The notes: generated by a model from the sequence alone, not told the origin. 64,000 nt of DNA from Octopus vulgaris (GCA_951406725.2 OX597820.1:23808001-23872000); one strand, 5' to 3'; shown: positions 13,226-28,370, counted from the stretch's first letter. Numbers and translations are program-made.

Positions 13226-13762
13226 GCTGTTCTGCCTCTCCCTTGGGCACAATTGAGCCAGAGCAGGGAATCAGGAGAATCGGTTGTTTCCTATTTTTCA
13301 GCTAGTCTTAATGTAAAGTTGAATGAGGCATTCGTTTGCTGTATCTCGATTCTACCAGGTTATTGATCACTTTTGCCATGGTAACAGTTCAAATTCACAC
13401 TACACCTGTGACCAAAAAGAACTGATATTTCACAAACATATAAATTACAGTTTACTTCCGAGCGTGCTCATATCTTCAACACTACAATCAATGCATGTTT
13501 AAGTCGATCCTTGTTTTTATGAATGTTACAACTGAAAGTTGTTACTTTTCCCTGTGTAGGTTGCTGGATCATTCAAACATATATACTATGTACAGTTTAA
13601 ATTTACTTTGAAGTAAATTTGAGCTGTTCAGCGACATTGAATTAGTGCAGGAGTACCAGGACGGCCAGAAGAACAGTTTGCTGTGTTTTTGAAGTGTTTC
13701 TTGTCTTCTTCCTTCCTGCATTTTTGTTTTTTTGAACTCTTTGAACTTTTTTCCCATTAAAC

Positions 13763-14999
13763 ATGGCCAAAAAGATGAACAACACTGCGTTGGAGTGGGA
13801 GATTGTCCCACCAAAACAGTGGATGAAAGACTTTGAAGAGAGGATGGTGGTGTTAAGGACTTATTCAAAGTCGATCGACACCATCGCCCCCTTTAAAAAG
13901 ATACAAATTGAAAAAGAGTTGGCAGAGTATTTGCCAACTATAAAATTCATCTCATCTCCAGGAGGGGTCAAGTATGTAACAGTGTGGTTGCTATTTGACA
14001 CTCCTGAGAAGGCTCGCAAATTTGCGAGCCAGCCCTTAGAGGGCAAAGAGATTTTGTTTCTTTCCATGTATTGTGGGAAGAAGTTGACAAGAGCTTGGGT
14101 CTGTGGGTTGCCACTTGGGATAGAACCCAAGTGGATAGAAGACACTATCTACTGGGGTTTGGGTGGCAGCAGATTCAAGCTGCTTAATGTTAAAATATTG
14201 CTGGCAGCTGATTGGGTTGGGTCAAAAGCTGTTTTGACCCCTATTTTGATCAGCTAAGAATCTGGTCTTTCCAGATTTTTTGAAAATGGCCGGTTGCGGG
14301 TACCCAGTGTTACTTGAGGGATGCCCCCTCCTCCAAGTGTCACCGTGCCTGGAACCAGGCCACATTAAAAAGAACTGTCCCCAGGACCAGAGTAGCGTCC
14401 TGGAACAGTTGATTGAGGAAGAGCTCCCTCCTCCTCCTTTGGAGGGAGAGATGGAGGCAGTCGAGGAGGTGGAGGCCTCTCTGAAAAAAAAAGGGGAAAT
14501 AAAGGAAGAAGGTGGGCAATAATGGTTGCCCACCGAAGGACCCCAAAGCTGCGGAGGGAGGGATGATCCTCCGGTTACAGCAGAGGAACTACACCCTCTC
14601 GTATCAAAGATGAGGAAAAAGAATGGGACAGTGCTGGCGGTTAGCAGTACACTGCCGGCATGTCCTGAAACCTCATCGGTGGGAATTGTGCCACCAATGG
14701 AGGAGACTGTGGACCCTCCCAGTATAATATATGAGGAATTTGTGATCTTCTTTCTTAAGGGAGGGGCCGTAGTGAATTTTGTGGGGAATCTGAAAGGTCG
14801 GAAAGAGGAGGTCCTATCCTGCACTGAAAGCTCAGCTTAGCTTCCGCAGGTGACTGTGGAGGTCATGGCGGAAAATGATTTCTACAGGGTGATGGATTCC
14901 TTTACCAAGGACGAATACAATTTCTACTTATGGGACCCCGACTTGCAACTGCGGGATTGCCTGCAAGCTGCAAGATACTTAGTCTGGGAGGTAGAGTAA
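13763..14999 (+). pseudogene. Disrupted gag-like/ORF1 (L1/Tx1-type) with a zinc-knuckle relic
   Basis: ORF 13763-14257, then a frameshift into frame 14280-14999 with two internal stops. CLEPGHIKKNCP knuckle remnant; acidic/Pro-rich linker; higher GC than the flanks. Confidence 0.6.
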
Positions 15000-15039
15000 G
15001 CTTTCATCTGTATTATGCCTTTATGGCAAATGTAATGAA

Positions 15040-15395
15040 ATAAAGAAGCTTGCTTCCCAACCACATGGTTCTGAGTTCAGTCCCACTGTGTGGCACCTTG
15101 GGCATGTGTTTCTACTATAACCTTGAGCCAACCAAAGCCTTGTGAATGGATTTGGGAGACAGAGACTGAAAGAAGTTTGTCGTGTGTGTGTTTGTCCTCC
15201 ACCACTGCTTGACAACCAGTGTTTGTGTGTTTATGTCCTTGAAATTTGGCAGTTTAGTGAAAGAAATTGATAGCATAAATATCTGGCTTAAAAAAAAAAA
15301 ATCTATTCTGAGGTTGGTTCATTCAACTAAAAATTCTTCAAGGCAGTGCCCCAGCATGGTCGCAGTCTAATGACTGAAACAAGTAAAAGCTAAAA
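15040..15395 (+). mobile_element. SINE family B
   Basis: AGAAGCTTGCTTCCCAACCACATGG..GAAACAAGTAAAAG. Confidence 0.8.
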
Positions 15396-15486
15396 GACAT
15401 TTATCTTTCAATCAATATATATATATACATACGCAAGCACACATACACATAAATACAAACATATGTACACACACACGCACACACAC

Positions 15487-15542
<56 letters not shown>

Positions 15543-15908
15543 GTTGTCTCTCATCTACTTTTTCTACAAATGGGTAACCTGTTTTGAAACAGCTCGTCAA
15601 CTTGTATTGATTATTAATAATCATTTTATATTTGTGGTAATATGTCTTGGTTCTACTGAATGCAGAATATCGACTTGGTGTGTATGTGGTAGACAGACTG
15701 GGTTGAAATTTCCTTTAATTTGTGTTTTTCTTTCGAAATGGGGTTCATAAATAAAATACACAGTTAATTTTTAAGTTTCTATGTACCTAGATTTATGTGT
15801 ATGCATATGCCTATAAGTGTGTGTGTATACATAGATAGTGAATATGTATATATATATATATATATATGGATTATATAGTTGTATATATGGATTATATAGT
15901 TGTATATA

Positions 15909-16770
15909 CAGGGTGTGGTGAATACTCTGTCATCTAAATTATGCAAAAATGAAAATAACACTAACATCTCATTCTAACAGATATATTTACCAACATTACA
16001 TAAAAATATCTTGAAATACTAAAGAGTAAATTTATTCAATAAAATTGCCATTGGCTTCAACCATAGCTTCTAGACAACTTCGGAATCTCCTGCAACTCTT
16101 CTGGATGGTCTCCTTGTTTAAGTTAGTGAATGCTGCCATAATCCTTGCTTTCAGTTCATCTTTGGTGTTAACAATGAGTTTTGTTGGTTCCTTGCTCAAC
16201 TGCGACCCAGGCATAGTAATCAAGGGGGTTGCAGTCTGGGGAGTTATGTGGCCAAATGTTAGGGGTGATGTGGTTGAAGGAATTGTCTGACAGCCATGAC
16301 TGGGTTCTCCTGCTTGAGTGGCATGGTGCTGAGTCCTATTGCCAAACACAGGGTGTTCCAGCAGCCACCCTCTAGATCTAGGGCAGCACTACCTCCTGCA
16401 GGCACTTGATGTAGGCCTTGAGTCTGAGGCCATGTGGGAAGATGAATGGAGGCATAATGTTGCCATCACTTGTGTTCACTCCAAATACCATGATGTTCAC
16501 TGGATGTTTGATTTTTATCGCTCTTGGTACATGTCCTCAGACTGACACCCAAACACTCTGAAATGTTTGTATTGGAGCTTTTGGCATGAATGCCAAGCAG
16601 TACAGCTTGTCGTTTCCAAATTTCTTGCAGAATGAATTGTGTCATGGTGCTGTTTTTTTCACAGGTGGTGCCCAAATGACCCTGCTATACTGTGCAGTTG
16701 ACAAATACAAACAGTGCGTGTGCATAAAATTAAAAATATAAAATGGTGACGATTTACACATCGTACCCTG
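15909..16770 (-). mobile_element. Internally deleted Tc1/mariner element (maT/DD37D-like)
   Basis: TA-CAGGGT..ACCCTG-TA termini. C-terminal peptide NTKDELKARIMAAF..SCRRFRSCLEAMVEANGNFIE. Related pieces at ~59240-59350 and ~62545-62680. Confidence 0.75.
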
Positions 16771-16780
16771 TATATGGGCC

Positions 16781-16825
<45 letters not shown>

Positions 16826-17712
16826 GTCTACATATAGTTGTGTATATATATAGGTATACGTATAGCTGTATATATGGGATTATGTATAATTGCATATCGA
16901 TGTATGTGTGTATTTATATAGATGTGTGTGAATATAGATGTTTGTGTATATATACACGTGTGCGTCTGTATACAGATGTGTAAGTGTATGTGTATATGTG
17001 TATGTAAATGTGTGTGTGTATTTATATAAATGTATGTGTGTGTATATATGCATGTATGTCTGTGTGTGTATAAAGGCATGTATGTCTGTATATAGGTATG
17101 TATGTCTGTGTATATAAGCATGTATGACTGTGTGCTTATAGACGTGTATGTCTGTGTGTATATATAAATGTATGTTTGCGTATATATATGGATAGATGTA
17201 TATGTGTGTGTGTATATATATATATATAGACGTGATAGATCGTTAGCCAAAATCACCAACACTGGTTGTCAAGCAGTGATGGAATGGACAAACTTAGCTA
17301 CTTCAGACACACGCGCACTAATACATCTGTTTGTTGCTTACACACCTGTCTTTGTCTTTTTTTTTTTTTTTTTGTAAAGTCTCACTATATTGATGTGTAT
17401 ATGTGTATATGCATGTATATAGATGTGTATATGTGTGTGTGCATGTATATAGATGTGTATATGTGTGTGTGCATGTGTATATGTTTGTGTGCATGTATAT
17501 AGATGTGTATGTGTGCGCGTGTGTATATAGATGTGTATGTGTGCTTATGTGTGTGTGTATATGTGTGTATATATAGATGTACATGTATATAGGTGTGTAT
17601 GTGTGTGTGTATGTATATAGATGTGCATGCGTGTAGATGTGCATGTGTGTAGATGTGTGCTTGTGGATAGATGTGTTTCTGTATGTGTATATAGATGGTG
17701 TGTCTATATAGA

Positions 17713-17754
<42 letters not shown>

Positions 17755-17911
17755 GATATGTGTGTATGTATGTGTATAGATATGTGTGTATGTATGTGTA
17801 TATAGATGTGTGTATGCATGTGTGTACATGGATGTATGTGTGTGCTCGCTGCTTGTGTGCATGTGGATTCATGCGTGTGTAGGTGCGTGTGTATATAGAT
17901 GTGTGTGTATT

Positions 17912-17958
<47 letters not shown>

Positions 17959-17985
17959 TGTGTGTATGTATATAGTGTGTGTATA
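16771..17985. repeat. Long degenerate (TA)/(TG) microsatellite field with ATAGATGTGT subunits
   Basis: Read directly; interrupted by a SINE B fragment at ~17240-17310. Confidence 0.9.
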
Positions 17986-18221
17986 AGACAAGTTGTAAAT
18001 GATGGTCATTACATATATTTCTCCTTTAGTTGGATAAACTTGACTTACATCTGTTCCCAGTACGCATTATAAGTACATTACTGATAGGTTTACTCAATTT
18101 GTTAATGTTCTTTCTGTCAAAGCTCTGTGTGTTTATATAGATTTATAAATAGATTTATATACACATACATGTAAATGAGTATATGTGTGTATGTATGTAT
18201 GTATGTGTGTGTATATATATA

Positions 18222-18602
18222 TTGTTTCATTCATTTGACTTTGACCAAGCTGGAGCACTGCCTTGAAGCGATCTAGTGGAACAAATTGACCCTAGGACTT
18301 GTTTCTTATTCTATCAATCACTTTTTCCAAACCACTAAGTTACGGGAAGGAAAAAAAAAATCACTGCCATCGGTTGTCAAGCGATGTGATGGAATGGACA
18401 AACTTAGCTACACAAGACATATACACGCGCACATACATATATACACGACAGGCTTCTTTCAGTTTCCGTCTACCAAATCCACTCACAGGGCTTTGGTTGG
18501 CCTGAGGCTATAGTAGAAAGCACTTGCCCAAGGTGTCACGCAGTGGGACTGAACCTGGAACCATGTGGTTGGGAAGCAAGTTTCTTACCACACAGCCACT
18601 CC
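18222..18602 (-). mobile_element. SINE family B
   Basis: Family match. Confidence 0.8.
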
Positions 18603-19196
18603 AGGTGTGTGTGGGTATTAGTCAATGGAATTTGAACAGTCTGATTTTTCACATTTTATTTTTGTATTTGTTACAATATTACATATGATATTACAAGTAC
18701 TTTTATTCTTTCTGCAGTCGATGTGTATGTGTGTGTTTTGTGATACGAACAAGAAAATTAGATCTCGAGATATAAGCATGTATATATTTTATTAATAATC
18801 AAACTGAAGTTAGTTCCTCAAATACTGAGGGTTTTGTGCCTCACTTTTAAGACTTTTGATTATTAATAAAATATATATGTTTATATAGATGTGTGGCTAT
18901 ATGTGTATTTATGTGTATATTCATGTATATAATTATATATGTATACATAATTAATTTATTAACGATGGCATGTACTGAGTGTGCTCTTAGACTTTCGGTT
19001 AAAAACATACAGTATTGAGTTAAGACGATATAGAAATCAAACAAAACCGGTTATACAAAAAGTTGATTCTGTACTGACTAACTTCTGTGTTTACATTAGC
19101 CAACAGTGAAGCCTCTCTGAGATGTAGCTCAACCTGTTAGAAATAGTAGCCAAATATTTCTCAAAATCAAACTCCAGTTGCCTTAAACTTTTCTAT

Positions 19197-19600
19197 ACTC
19201 TTTTACTTGTTTCAGTCATTTGACTGCGGCCATGCTGGAGCACCGCCTTTAGTCGAGCAAATTGACCTCAAGGCTTATTCTTTGTAAGCCTAGTACTTAT
19301 TCTATCGGTCTCTTTTGCTGAACCGCTAAGTTATGGGGATGTAAACACGCTACCATCAGTTGTCAACTGATGTTAGGGGGACAAACACAGACACACAAAC
19401 ATATACACACACATACATACATATATACATATATATATATACGACGGGCTTCTTTCAGTTTCCGTCTACCAAATCCACTCACAAGGCTTTGGTCGGCCCG
19501 AGGCTATAGTAGAAGACACTTGCCCAAGTTGCCACGCAGTGGGACTGAACCCGGAACCATGAGGTTGGTAAGCAAGCTACTTACCACACAGCCACTCTTA
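19197..19600 (-). mobile_element. SINE family B, young copy
   Basis: Family match. Confidence 0.85.
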
Positions 19601-22600
19601 TGCCTATGTTTGGTTCCTGGACCAGGCTGTGCATTCTGTTCTTGAGCAAGACGCTTTATTTCATGTTGCTCCAGTTCACTCAGCTGTAGAAATGAACTGC
19701 AATATCACTGGTGCCTAGCTATGTTGGCCTTTGCTTTTACCTTAGATAACATCAGTGGCGTGGAGAAGGGAGGCTGGTACGCATGGGTGACTGCTGGGCT
19801 TCCATAAACAATCTTGCCTGGACTTGTTCCTCAGAGAGTAACTTTCTAGGTGCAATCCCATGGTCATTCATAACCAAAGGGGCCCTTTGTGACATTTATT
19901 AGAAAGTTATTTTGGAGGGTACAGAGAGATTTTAGCTGTCACTCTATTAGTGAAATAATTAAATTAAATTTACTTGATATGTGAGGTGCAGGCATTGCTA
20001 TAGAGTTTGAGAAGCTTGCTTTCCAACCTTGTGGATCCAGATTCAGTCCCACTAGGTGGCACCTTAGGCAAGTGTCCTTTGCCACAGGCATGGGCTGACC
20101 AAAGTCATGGGCATGTCAGTACTATATGTTAATTTTAGACGAATTGATCTTATACAAGATATAGAGTATGTGCGTGTACATGTTAGACATATAGCAATGC
20201 CAGAGGAGAATCCATTTATAAGAGAAGAAATAGTTGTTGCCTGAGCAGAACAAAATTTACATGAATTTGATGTCTAACAAATTGAAGAACTGTGAATGGC
20301 CTGAAGAAATTTTAATCATAGAAATATACCAGGGACTTTATAGATGATAACTAGAACAGCACTAGTTAAGAAAAGTCACAATCGATCAAAGAATGCCTCA
20401 AACTCCAGAATGTAGATCTTTGTGCAAGAAATGATTGTATACTTTCGTTCAGAGTGGAAAAAGATGGTGGTGGGAGAGGATTAACGTTTTGCTGTAGTTG
20501 GCAATAATATGGTTGTGTTTTTAGCAGTTTATTTAAATAGTCTGTGTGCTTTCATTTCATTACAGTCAATGTAGGTCATTTGCCTTTTGACATCTTACAC
20601 CATACTGTTGCCTACTTTTAGAATACTTAGAAAAACTTCATGTTCCTCTTGGCAAGTTCTTAGAAATAACATTTTTTTCCACTCTAGTTTTGGTTCCATT
20701 TCCGAATTTAATTTAAATCTATCATTTTAGATAATGGTTTTGATGTAACCCTTAGAAATTACTGGTATTGCTGGAGTTCCTAGTGTTAATTGTGCTTTGC
20801 TAGCAAGAGCATCCTTTTTCAGGTATTCTCTATTTTACTCTGGGGTTTATGCCAGTATGGAAGGCCGACATTAAACGATGATGATTTTAACCTCGTTACT
20901 CAAGTTTCTGTCCACAATTACTTTTGTTTGGGTTGTCTGGCGTTGCCTACTTATGACTGTTTTCTGTGATGTTTGTGGTTTCTCTGGTGCTAATGGATTC
21001 ACTTTGTAGAATTAATTATCTTTATTGCTGAAATTTGGACTGTTTAGCTATTTCATAAAGACAGTATAGAGTATAATAAATATTGATTGCACTTAAGAAG
21101 CTATGACAAAGTTAATTTCCAAACAGAACCTTTATTTGTCCTCTCACCTTGTCGGGTTAGCTGGGTGTATATGCTGACTCAGTTTTCATTGCAAATTGTT
21201 TCAAAGAACTGTAAAAAAATTTTTCCAAAATTAGATGAATGATCCAGAGTTTTATGAGTCTGTTGACTCCTAAACCTGTGGATCATTTTTCTAATTTTGG
21301 AAAATTCTATACATTCTGTTACTAGCAGTTTGGGCAAAATCCAAAGTGCTAGTAAGAGAATGTATGAAATTTCAGTATAATCCCAAATTTGATATTATTT
21401 TCAGTTCAGTTAAGCAAGATAGTGGTATCTCTTAGATTGTTAGAAAGCCAGGACTTTGGATGTACGTAGATAGTTGTAGGTGAAGTACACATGAACTCAC
21501 CATCACCATCATTGTTTAGCATCTGTCTTCCATGCTGGCATGGATTGGATGGTTTGACAGGAGCTGATCAAGCAGAAGATTGCATCAGGTTTCTGTGTCT
21601 GTTTTGGCATGGTTTTTATGGCTGAATGCCCTTCTTAACATCAAACACCCCGCAGAGTGGACTGAGTGCTTTTTACATGGCACCAGCACAGGCGAGAGCA
21701 ATTTTGACATGGTTTTTACTGCTGGATGCCTTTCCAAATGCCAACCACTCTACAGTGTGGACTGTATGCTTTTCACATGTATAAAAGTCCCGAGAGAATA
21801 GAAAGATGGACTGAACACTGAACTTTCCAATAATCAACTGGAGTTGATAAACTACTTAGATGGTTCCATTTGAAGTTGTAAATAGGTAACTTGGTATATT
21901 TTACATAAGGTATTTCTGTGTATTGAATTTCATTGACTGAGGAGCAAGCTTCTTAGTCACATAGCTATACTTTGAACCTATGGAAGAAGTAAACTAGAAA
22001 CTCTGAGGATCTGAGAAGATCTTACAGATGAGATGAGGCCAGATCAAGAGGATAGTGGCATGTTGCACCAAGGACACTTCCAGTTCTGGCCAGCATTTGG
22101 AAAACAAATATTAAAATAATAAGTTTGGTATTATCAAAGGGTGACTGAGGAAGTGTGTTCCCCTTTTGCACTGATATTGTTTTGTTGTTTGAATGAACTT
22201 CAGGTAAGTGTTTCAAAGTCTGACAAAAAGTTTGTGTCAAAACATTCTCAGAGTGTAATGGAATACTGTTTACTTACTTGATTAGCTTGGCTGGAATTGC
22301 TTCAATTATTATCTTGATTATGATTTTGGGAATTACATGAACTTAATAACACTTCATTTCCTCTCTTGTTAGTGCTGTCATTATATATATATATATGAAA
22401 TAATTAATACTGAGAAAATTGTTATAATTTACAGAATACACTCTCCTTCAACCCCTTCCTCTACAACATCCCCTACTCATTCTATTTTCTGCTTTCCTTC
22501 TCCATCTATTATTTCTCCTCACTTATTTTTCCTTCTATCTCTCTTTCTTTTTGTTGACCATGTTTTCTTCTTCTTCTCTCCTTTTTCCGTTTCCTTATCT

Positions 22601-23049
22601 TTGCTGTTCAGGCCATTTCTTCAGTCTCGGTATATAAACTAATTGCAGTTGAAACTCTATCTTTATCATTATCATCATAACTGTCATCATAATTTTAACA
22701 TGTGTTTTTTCCATGTTTTCATGGGTCAGACTGAATTTGTTGAGGCAAATTTTGTACAGCTGGATGCCCTTCCTGTTACCAATCCACTCTTGTTTCCAAG
22801 CAAATTAATATTTTCCCCCTGGTTAAGCAGATGATTGGAAATGAGCAACAAAAACTTGTATGATATTCATTTACAATCATCACATGATGTCAGACTAAGG
22901 ACACACACACACACACATACGATAGGCTTCTTTCAGTTTCTGTCAAACTCACTCATAAGGCTTTGCACCCTGGGGGCCATAGTAAGAAGACACTTGCCCA
23001 TGGTGCTACACAATAAGACTGAATCTAAAACCATGTGGTTAGAAAGAAG

Positions 23050-23445
23050 ATGCAGGCTTAGCTGTATGGTTAAAAGTTTCCTTCCCAATCATCTGGTACC
23101 GGTTTCAGTCTGGTGTGGCACCTTGGGCAAGTGTCTTCCACTATAATATCAGGCTGACCAAAGCCTTATGAGTGGATTTGTAGGTGGAAACTGAAAGAAG
23201 CCTCTGTGTATGTGTATGTATATATAAATGTGTGTGTGTGTTTGTCCCTCACCACTGCTTGACAACTGGTGTTTGTATTTTTTTACGTCCCACATAACTT
23301 AGCAGCTCAGCAAAAGAGACTGATAGAAATTAGTACCAGGCTTTTCAAAAGAAAAAAAATAAGTACTGGGGTTAATTTGTTCGACTAAAATTCCAGGTGA
23401 TACCCCAGCATGGCCACACTCTCCTGAGTGAAACAAGTAAAAAGT
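23050..23445 (+). mobile_element. SINE family B, older copy, adjoining a minus-strand copy at ~22920-23040
   Basis: Family match. Confidence 0.75.
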
Positions 23446-24587
23446 AAATGGGTGAAAGATTTAAAGAAAAACAATGCAATCACCTGCAGATATTGTTGAA
23501 AGTTAGAATCTAAACACTTGAATGTTTTGTCTGTTTTCTTTCTGATGTTGAATAAACCAGTTCCGTTGTTTTGTTTTCGTACTTTCTCCTTATCTGACCC
23601 ACTTCATGGTCTTACCATTTATGAAGCAATTAATTTCCGAATGGCAGAAGTTAATCTAACTCTGGATTAATTACAACATTAATTATGAACTAGACTGGTG
23701 GGGAAGTGGAAGAGTTGTTAGAACCTTGCAGTATTTGTCCACCACTTTGTGTTCTGAGTTCAAATTCTGCCATGGCCCATGGCTTACTTGGGTTGCAGAC
23801 TCAGTTTATTGCCTGGTTTAACACCACTTCTTGGCACATTGTCTTTAGTGGAGTCTGCTCTGTTGTCAGCATTCAGGGAATGTCTCCAGTTTGAGACCAC
23901 TTCTGTTTCCATAATACAAACTTTCTGTTTTGAAGTGATCCAAATTAAAGCTTCCCATCAAAACTTTATTAAACCTGTGTTTCAAATACCAGTTTAATAA
24001 TGACAATGTTATTCTACTAAATTCTTCATAATTTTCAAAACTAGCTGGCCCCTTGCCATCAAAAATGACCGCTTATTGTAGTATTTTATATATAAATAAG
24101 GTACAAAATAATCACAGATACTAACATTCACATATTTCCCTTGTACATGCACACACATACACACATATACTCATATGGAGTTGAAACGCTGTTTGATTTT
24201 TCTTTTCAGTGTTGAATGTTCACCATCCCACTTCCATTGCATGCGCACACACACACATTCACATACCTCCCTTTTACACACACACACACACACACACACA
24301 TACTCAGAGTTGAAACGCTGTTTGATTTTTTTCACTGTAATATTTCCTTCATCCCTTCCTTCCACATTCATCTATTTACCTCTTCCTTTCTCATTTATAT
24401 GTTGTGATGGAGCAAAACCACGAGTATTATTATAGTAGATGTTTCAAATACCAGTTTAATAACAACAGTTTTTCTACTAAATTCTTCATTTTTCCAAAAT
24501 GAATTGAAATAAAGATAGTGTATTTTAACAGAAAATATTGGAACAAAAGAGTTAAAATCTGAAAATTTCTTATCTTGTCATTTTCAG

Positions 24588-24642
24588 ATTTGGTCTTAGC
24601 AATAAATTTGATACCGAATTTCCATCATCCCTTTCAGCAAAG
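24588..24642 (+). CDS. CHIC2: CHIC-like exon 2 ((I)FGLSNKFDTEFPSSLSAK)
   Basis: TTTTCAG acceptor, GTAAGT donor, 55 nt, phase 2 to 0. Matches FGLSNKFESEFPSSL. Confidence 0.95.
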
Positions 24643-25769
24643 GTAAGTAGGTTTTTTTTTTTTTTTTTTAAAAAAGATTTTGTTTTTAAATTTAAAAACC
24701 CTCAGGGGAAGTGATAAAGTTTGCCACAGCTTTAATGTTTAGTTTGAGTTGCATTAAAAATCAAAACTTACATGCACGCATACACAATATTCAAATTTCA
24801 AATATATTACCTGTGAGAGGTGATAACTGTCTCAATTGACCATCTTAATCTATATGAGTGATGATGGTGGTATTTGGAGCATAACACAAAATTTTGTTGG
24901 CTGGTTTTAATTTAGATAATTTTAAAACAAGAAGTTTATATCATAAAATTAGGAGTAGGCTCATGCAGGTTGGTATCAAAAGGGGTCACAAATATCCATT
25001 CGGTAATAAATGAAATCACAGCTTTTGGTGGGGAACTGTTTTATTATCACTTGTTTCTTGGGCTTTTTTTTTCCTAGAAGTTTCATCTAATGCAACTGAT
25101 TCTGTTACATCATATTGACATTTTGAAGACTGTATGGTTAAGAATTTTCCTTTGCAACTGCACAGTTTCAGGTTCTATCTCACTGGCTGGCATCTTGGGC
25201 AGGTGCTTTCCACCTTAGCCTTAGGTCAACCAACACTTAGTGAGTGAAATTAGATGAAAATTGTATGGAAGCTCATCAGGACCACCTCCTGCCATTCCTG
25301 TTTATGGGTGGTATGTTTAATTCCTTGTTTGGTTTTGCACCACCACTTTATTCTCTAGCTTTACTGGAGTCTGTTGAGTTCAAGCATTGTTACCAGGACA
25401 GCTGTTCTCTATCCCCTCTGAGGATAACCTGTAACTGGTTTTAACTGGTAGATGTTTTTGAGGCTGTGTGGATCAGAACTTCCCTTTGTAGCTTCATGGT
25501 TCCTGGTTCAGTTTCACTGTCTTGCTCCTTGGGCATGTGCCTTCTACCTTAGCCAGTAGTGTAACTAGAATATGTGCCACTTGGGGCAGTCCTTGAGTTT
25601 GATCCCCCCCATCCCCTTTCCATATAGGTTTGCACAGGTTTATACAGTAAACCCAAAAGTGTTGTTTGGAGTGGGCTTCCCTCCATCCCTAGCTATTCTA
25701 CTGACTTTAGCCTTGTTAGTGAAATTAGGGAGATGGACACTGTATCAAAGACTGTTAGAAGAACCATTC

Positions 25770-25955
25770 CTGTTTTCGTCTGCCACTACGTTCTGAGTTC
25801 AAATTCTGCCGAGGTCGACTTTGGCTTTCATCCTTTTGGGGTTGATAAATTAAGTACCAGTAACACACTGGGGTCAATGTAATCGACTTAATCCCTTTGT
25901 CTGTCCTTGTTTGTCCCCTCTATGTTTAGGCCCTGGTGGGCAATAAAGAAATAAG
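25770..25955 (+). mobile_element. SINE A, 5'-truncated
   Basis: Family match. Confidence 0.8.
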
Positions 25956-26347
25956 AGGAAGATGAAGGCTAAAGGAAGCTAATTTCTTTACTAAGTTATC
26001 AACTGAACTCTTTTTCAAAGTCAGCGTTTATTGATTCAGTGATAGTATATTAGAAATAATTGGTTCACACCATATTATTTATTCTCTGCTAGATTAATAA
26101 TTTACGTAGGCATGGTATAATTACCATTAATGATGTTTATAAACATTCTGTCATTAACAGTCTTATGATCATATTTTCTAATGAAATACATTGACAATTT
26201 TGTCTTAATTTAAAAGGGATTAGTGAAATGCCAAACTCCATTAATAGCCTGGTGTTTGGATCATTATTTAATGAAAAAGGTTTTTACATTAAATTATGAT
26301 GGAAGGTTGGAATTTAAATACTGTATTTTCCAACATACAAGTTGACA

Positions 26348-27269
26348 TAGAGGTCTGATCAATGAGTATCTGGACTGTTGCTATAGTAACGAAGCTAATG
26401 CATGCAGCGTGAAGCTGCTTGGCACAGATTGATCTTGAACTCTGCTGTGCATTTGCACTAAGTTTTAACATTCTAGTTCACTTCCACTGTTTACAGCAGT
26501 GCTTGGAAGGAAGGTGTGTAGCGTGTGATTGTCCCATTGACTAGGACAGAGAAGGTTGTCATGGCGATACCTGCTCAGAGGCCTATGCAAAGTTGCAGAA
26601 AGTATATGGAGAGGAGTGTATGAGTTGCACACAAGTGTACGAGTGGTCCAGACGTTTCCAAGATGGCTGAAAAAATGTTGATCTTGACAAACATTCTGGG
26701 AGACCCGCAAACATCATCATTTAACGTCCGTTTTCCATGCTAGCATGGGTTGGACTGAGAAAAACATTGCAGCTGTGAGGGAAAATTGTTGAATCACCAT
26801 CTGTTAGTTATCAGAGGATGCACAGATTAGTTACAGTTCAGTTCATTATCACTGAAGATTTGGGTAAGAGACATATGTCTGCCAAGTTTGAGGCAAAACT
26901 GCTTTCAGCTGACCAAAAAGACACTTGAGTTTCAGTTGCACAAGATCTCCTTGATTGTGTTGAGAACGATGAAAACTTGAAAACTTTGCATCAGCCTCTG
27001 AGCAGGTATCGCCGAGCTTTTGGCAAAACTTGATGCAGATTCTCTGCTCAACTTTCTCTGTTTTCTCTGTTATGGTCAATGTTACAATCACATGCTATAC
27101 ACCTTCCTTCCAAGCACTGCTGTAAACAGCAGAAGTGAGCTAGAACATTAAAATTTGGTGCACATGGACAGCAGAGTTCATGGCCAATCTGTGCCAAGTG
27201 GCTTCACTCTGTGTGTTTTAGCTTTGTTACTATAGCAACAGTCTGGATACTTATTGATTAGTCTACGTA
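26348..27269. mobile_element. Fold-back mariner derivative with ~250 bp inverted arms
   Basis: 26348-~26595 is an inverted copy of ~26980-27269. Both arms carry the mariner N-terminus (EQRICIKFCQKLGDTCSEA on -; GDTCSEAYAKLQKVYGEECMSCTQVYEW on +). Confidence 0.85.
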
Positions 27270-27462
27270 TAGTGTAAACATTGAAACCTCGTCACTATCT
27301 TTCCTTATCCTACTGCATTTCACATGGAATTTTTTGATTCTTCAAAGTCATCTTGGTGTATAAGTAATTTTTGGCTATAAATTCTTTTCTGAAAAATAAG
27401 AATTTTCGTGTTTTATATAACCAGAGGAGGCAGTTCAAGTGGGTTAGTATGGAAAACATTAA

Positions 27463-27723
<261 letters not shown>

Positions 27724-27949
27724 TGATTTAAAAAATCATAAGAATGCAGGATTTGTGGTGTGGTTGAGAAGCTTGCATCCTAACCACTTGGAGTTTTGAG
27801 TTCATTTCCACTGCGTGGCATTTTGGACAAGTGTCTGACTGACCAAAGCCTTGTAGATAAATTTGGTTGATGAAAACTGAAAGAAGTCTGTCCACTGAGT
27901 GTGTATGCATGTGTGAATAATGTCATATATATATATATATATATATACT

Positions 27950-28370
27950 CGTTTACTCTTTTACTTGTTTCAGTCATTTGACTGCGACCATGCTGGAGCA
28001 CCACCCTTAGTTGAGCAAATCGACCCCAGGACTTATTCTTTGGAAGCCTAGTACTTATTCTATTGGTCTCTTTTGCCGAACCACTAAGTTACGGGGACGT
28101 AAACACACCAGCATCGGTTGTCAAGCGATGTTGTGTGTGTGTGTGGGGGGGGACAAACACATACATGCAAACATATACACACACATACATACATATATAT
28201 ATATATATGACGGGCTTCTTTCAGTTTCCGTCTACCAAATCCGCTCACAAGGCTTTGGTCGGCCAGAGGCTATAGTAGAAGACACTTGCCCAAGGTGCCA
28301 CGCAGTAGGAATGAACCCGGAACCATGTGGTTGGTAAGCAAGATACTTACCACACAGCCACTCCTGTGCC
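27950..28370 (-). mobile_element. SINE family B, young copy, facing a + partial copy at 27755-27895
   Basis: Family match. Confidence 0.85.

Noticed and set aside
16659-17872. Long Y/I/H/T-rich ORFs (also 2901-3403)
   Set aside because: Translations of microsatellites.
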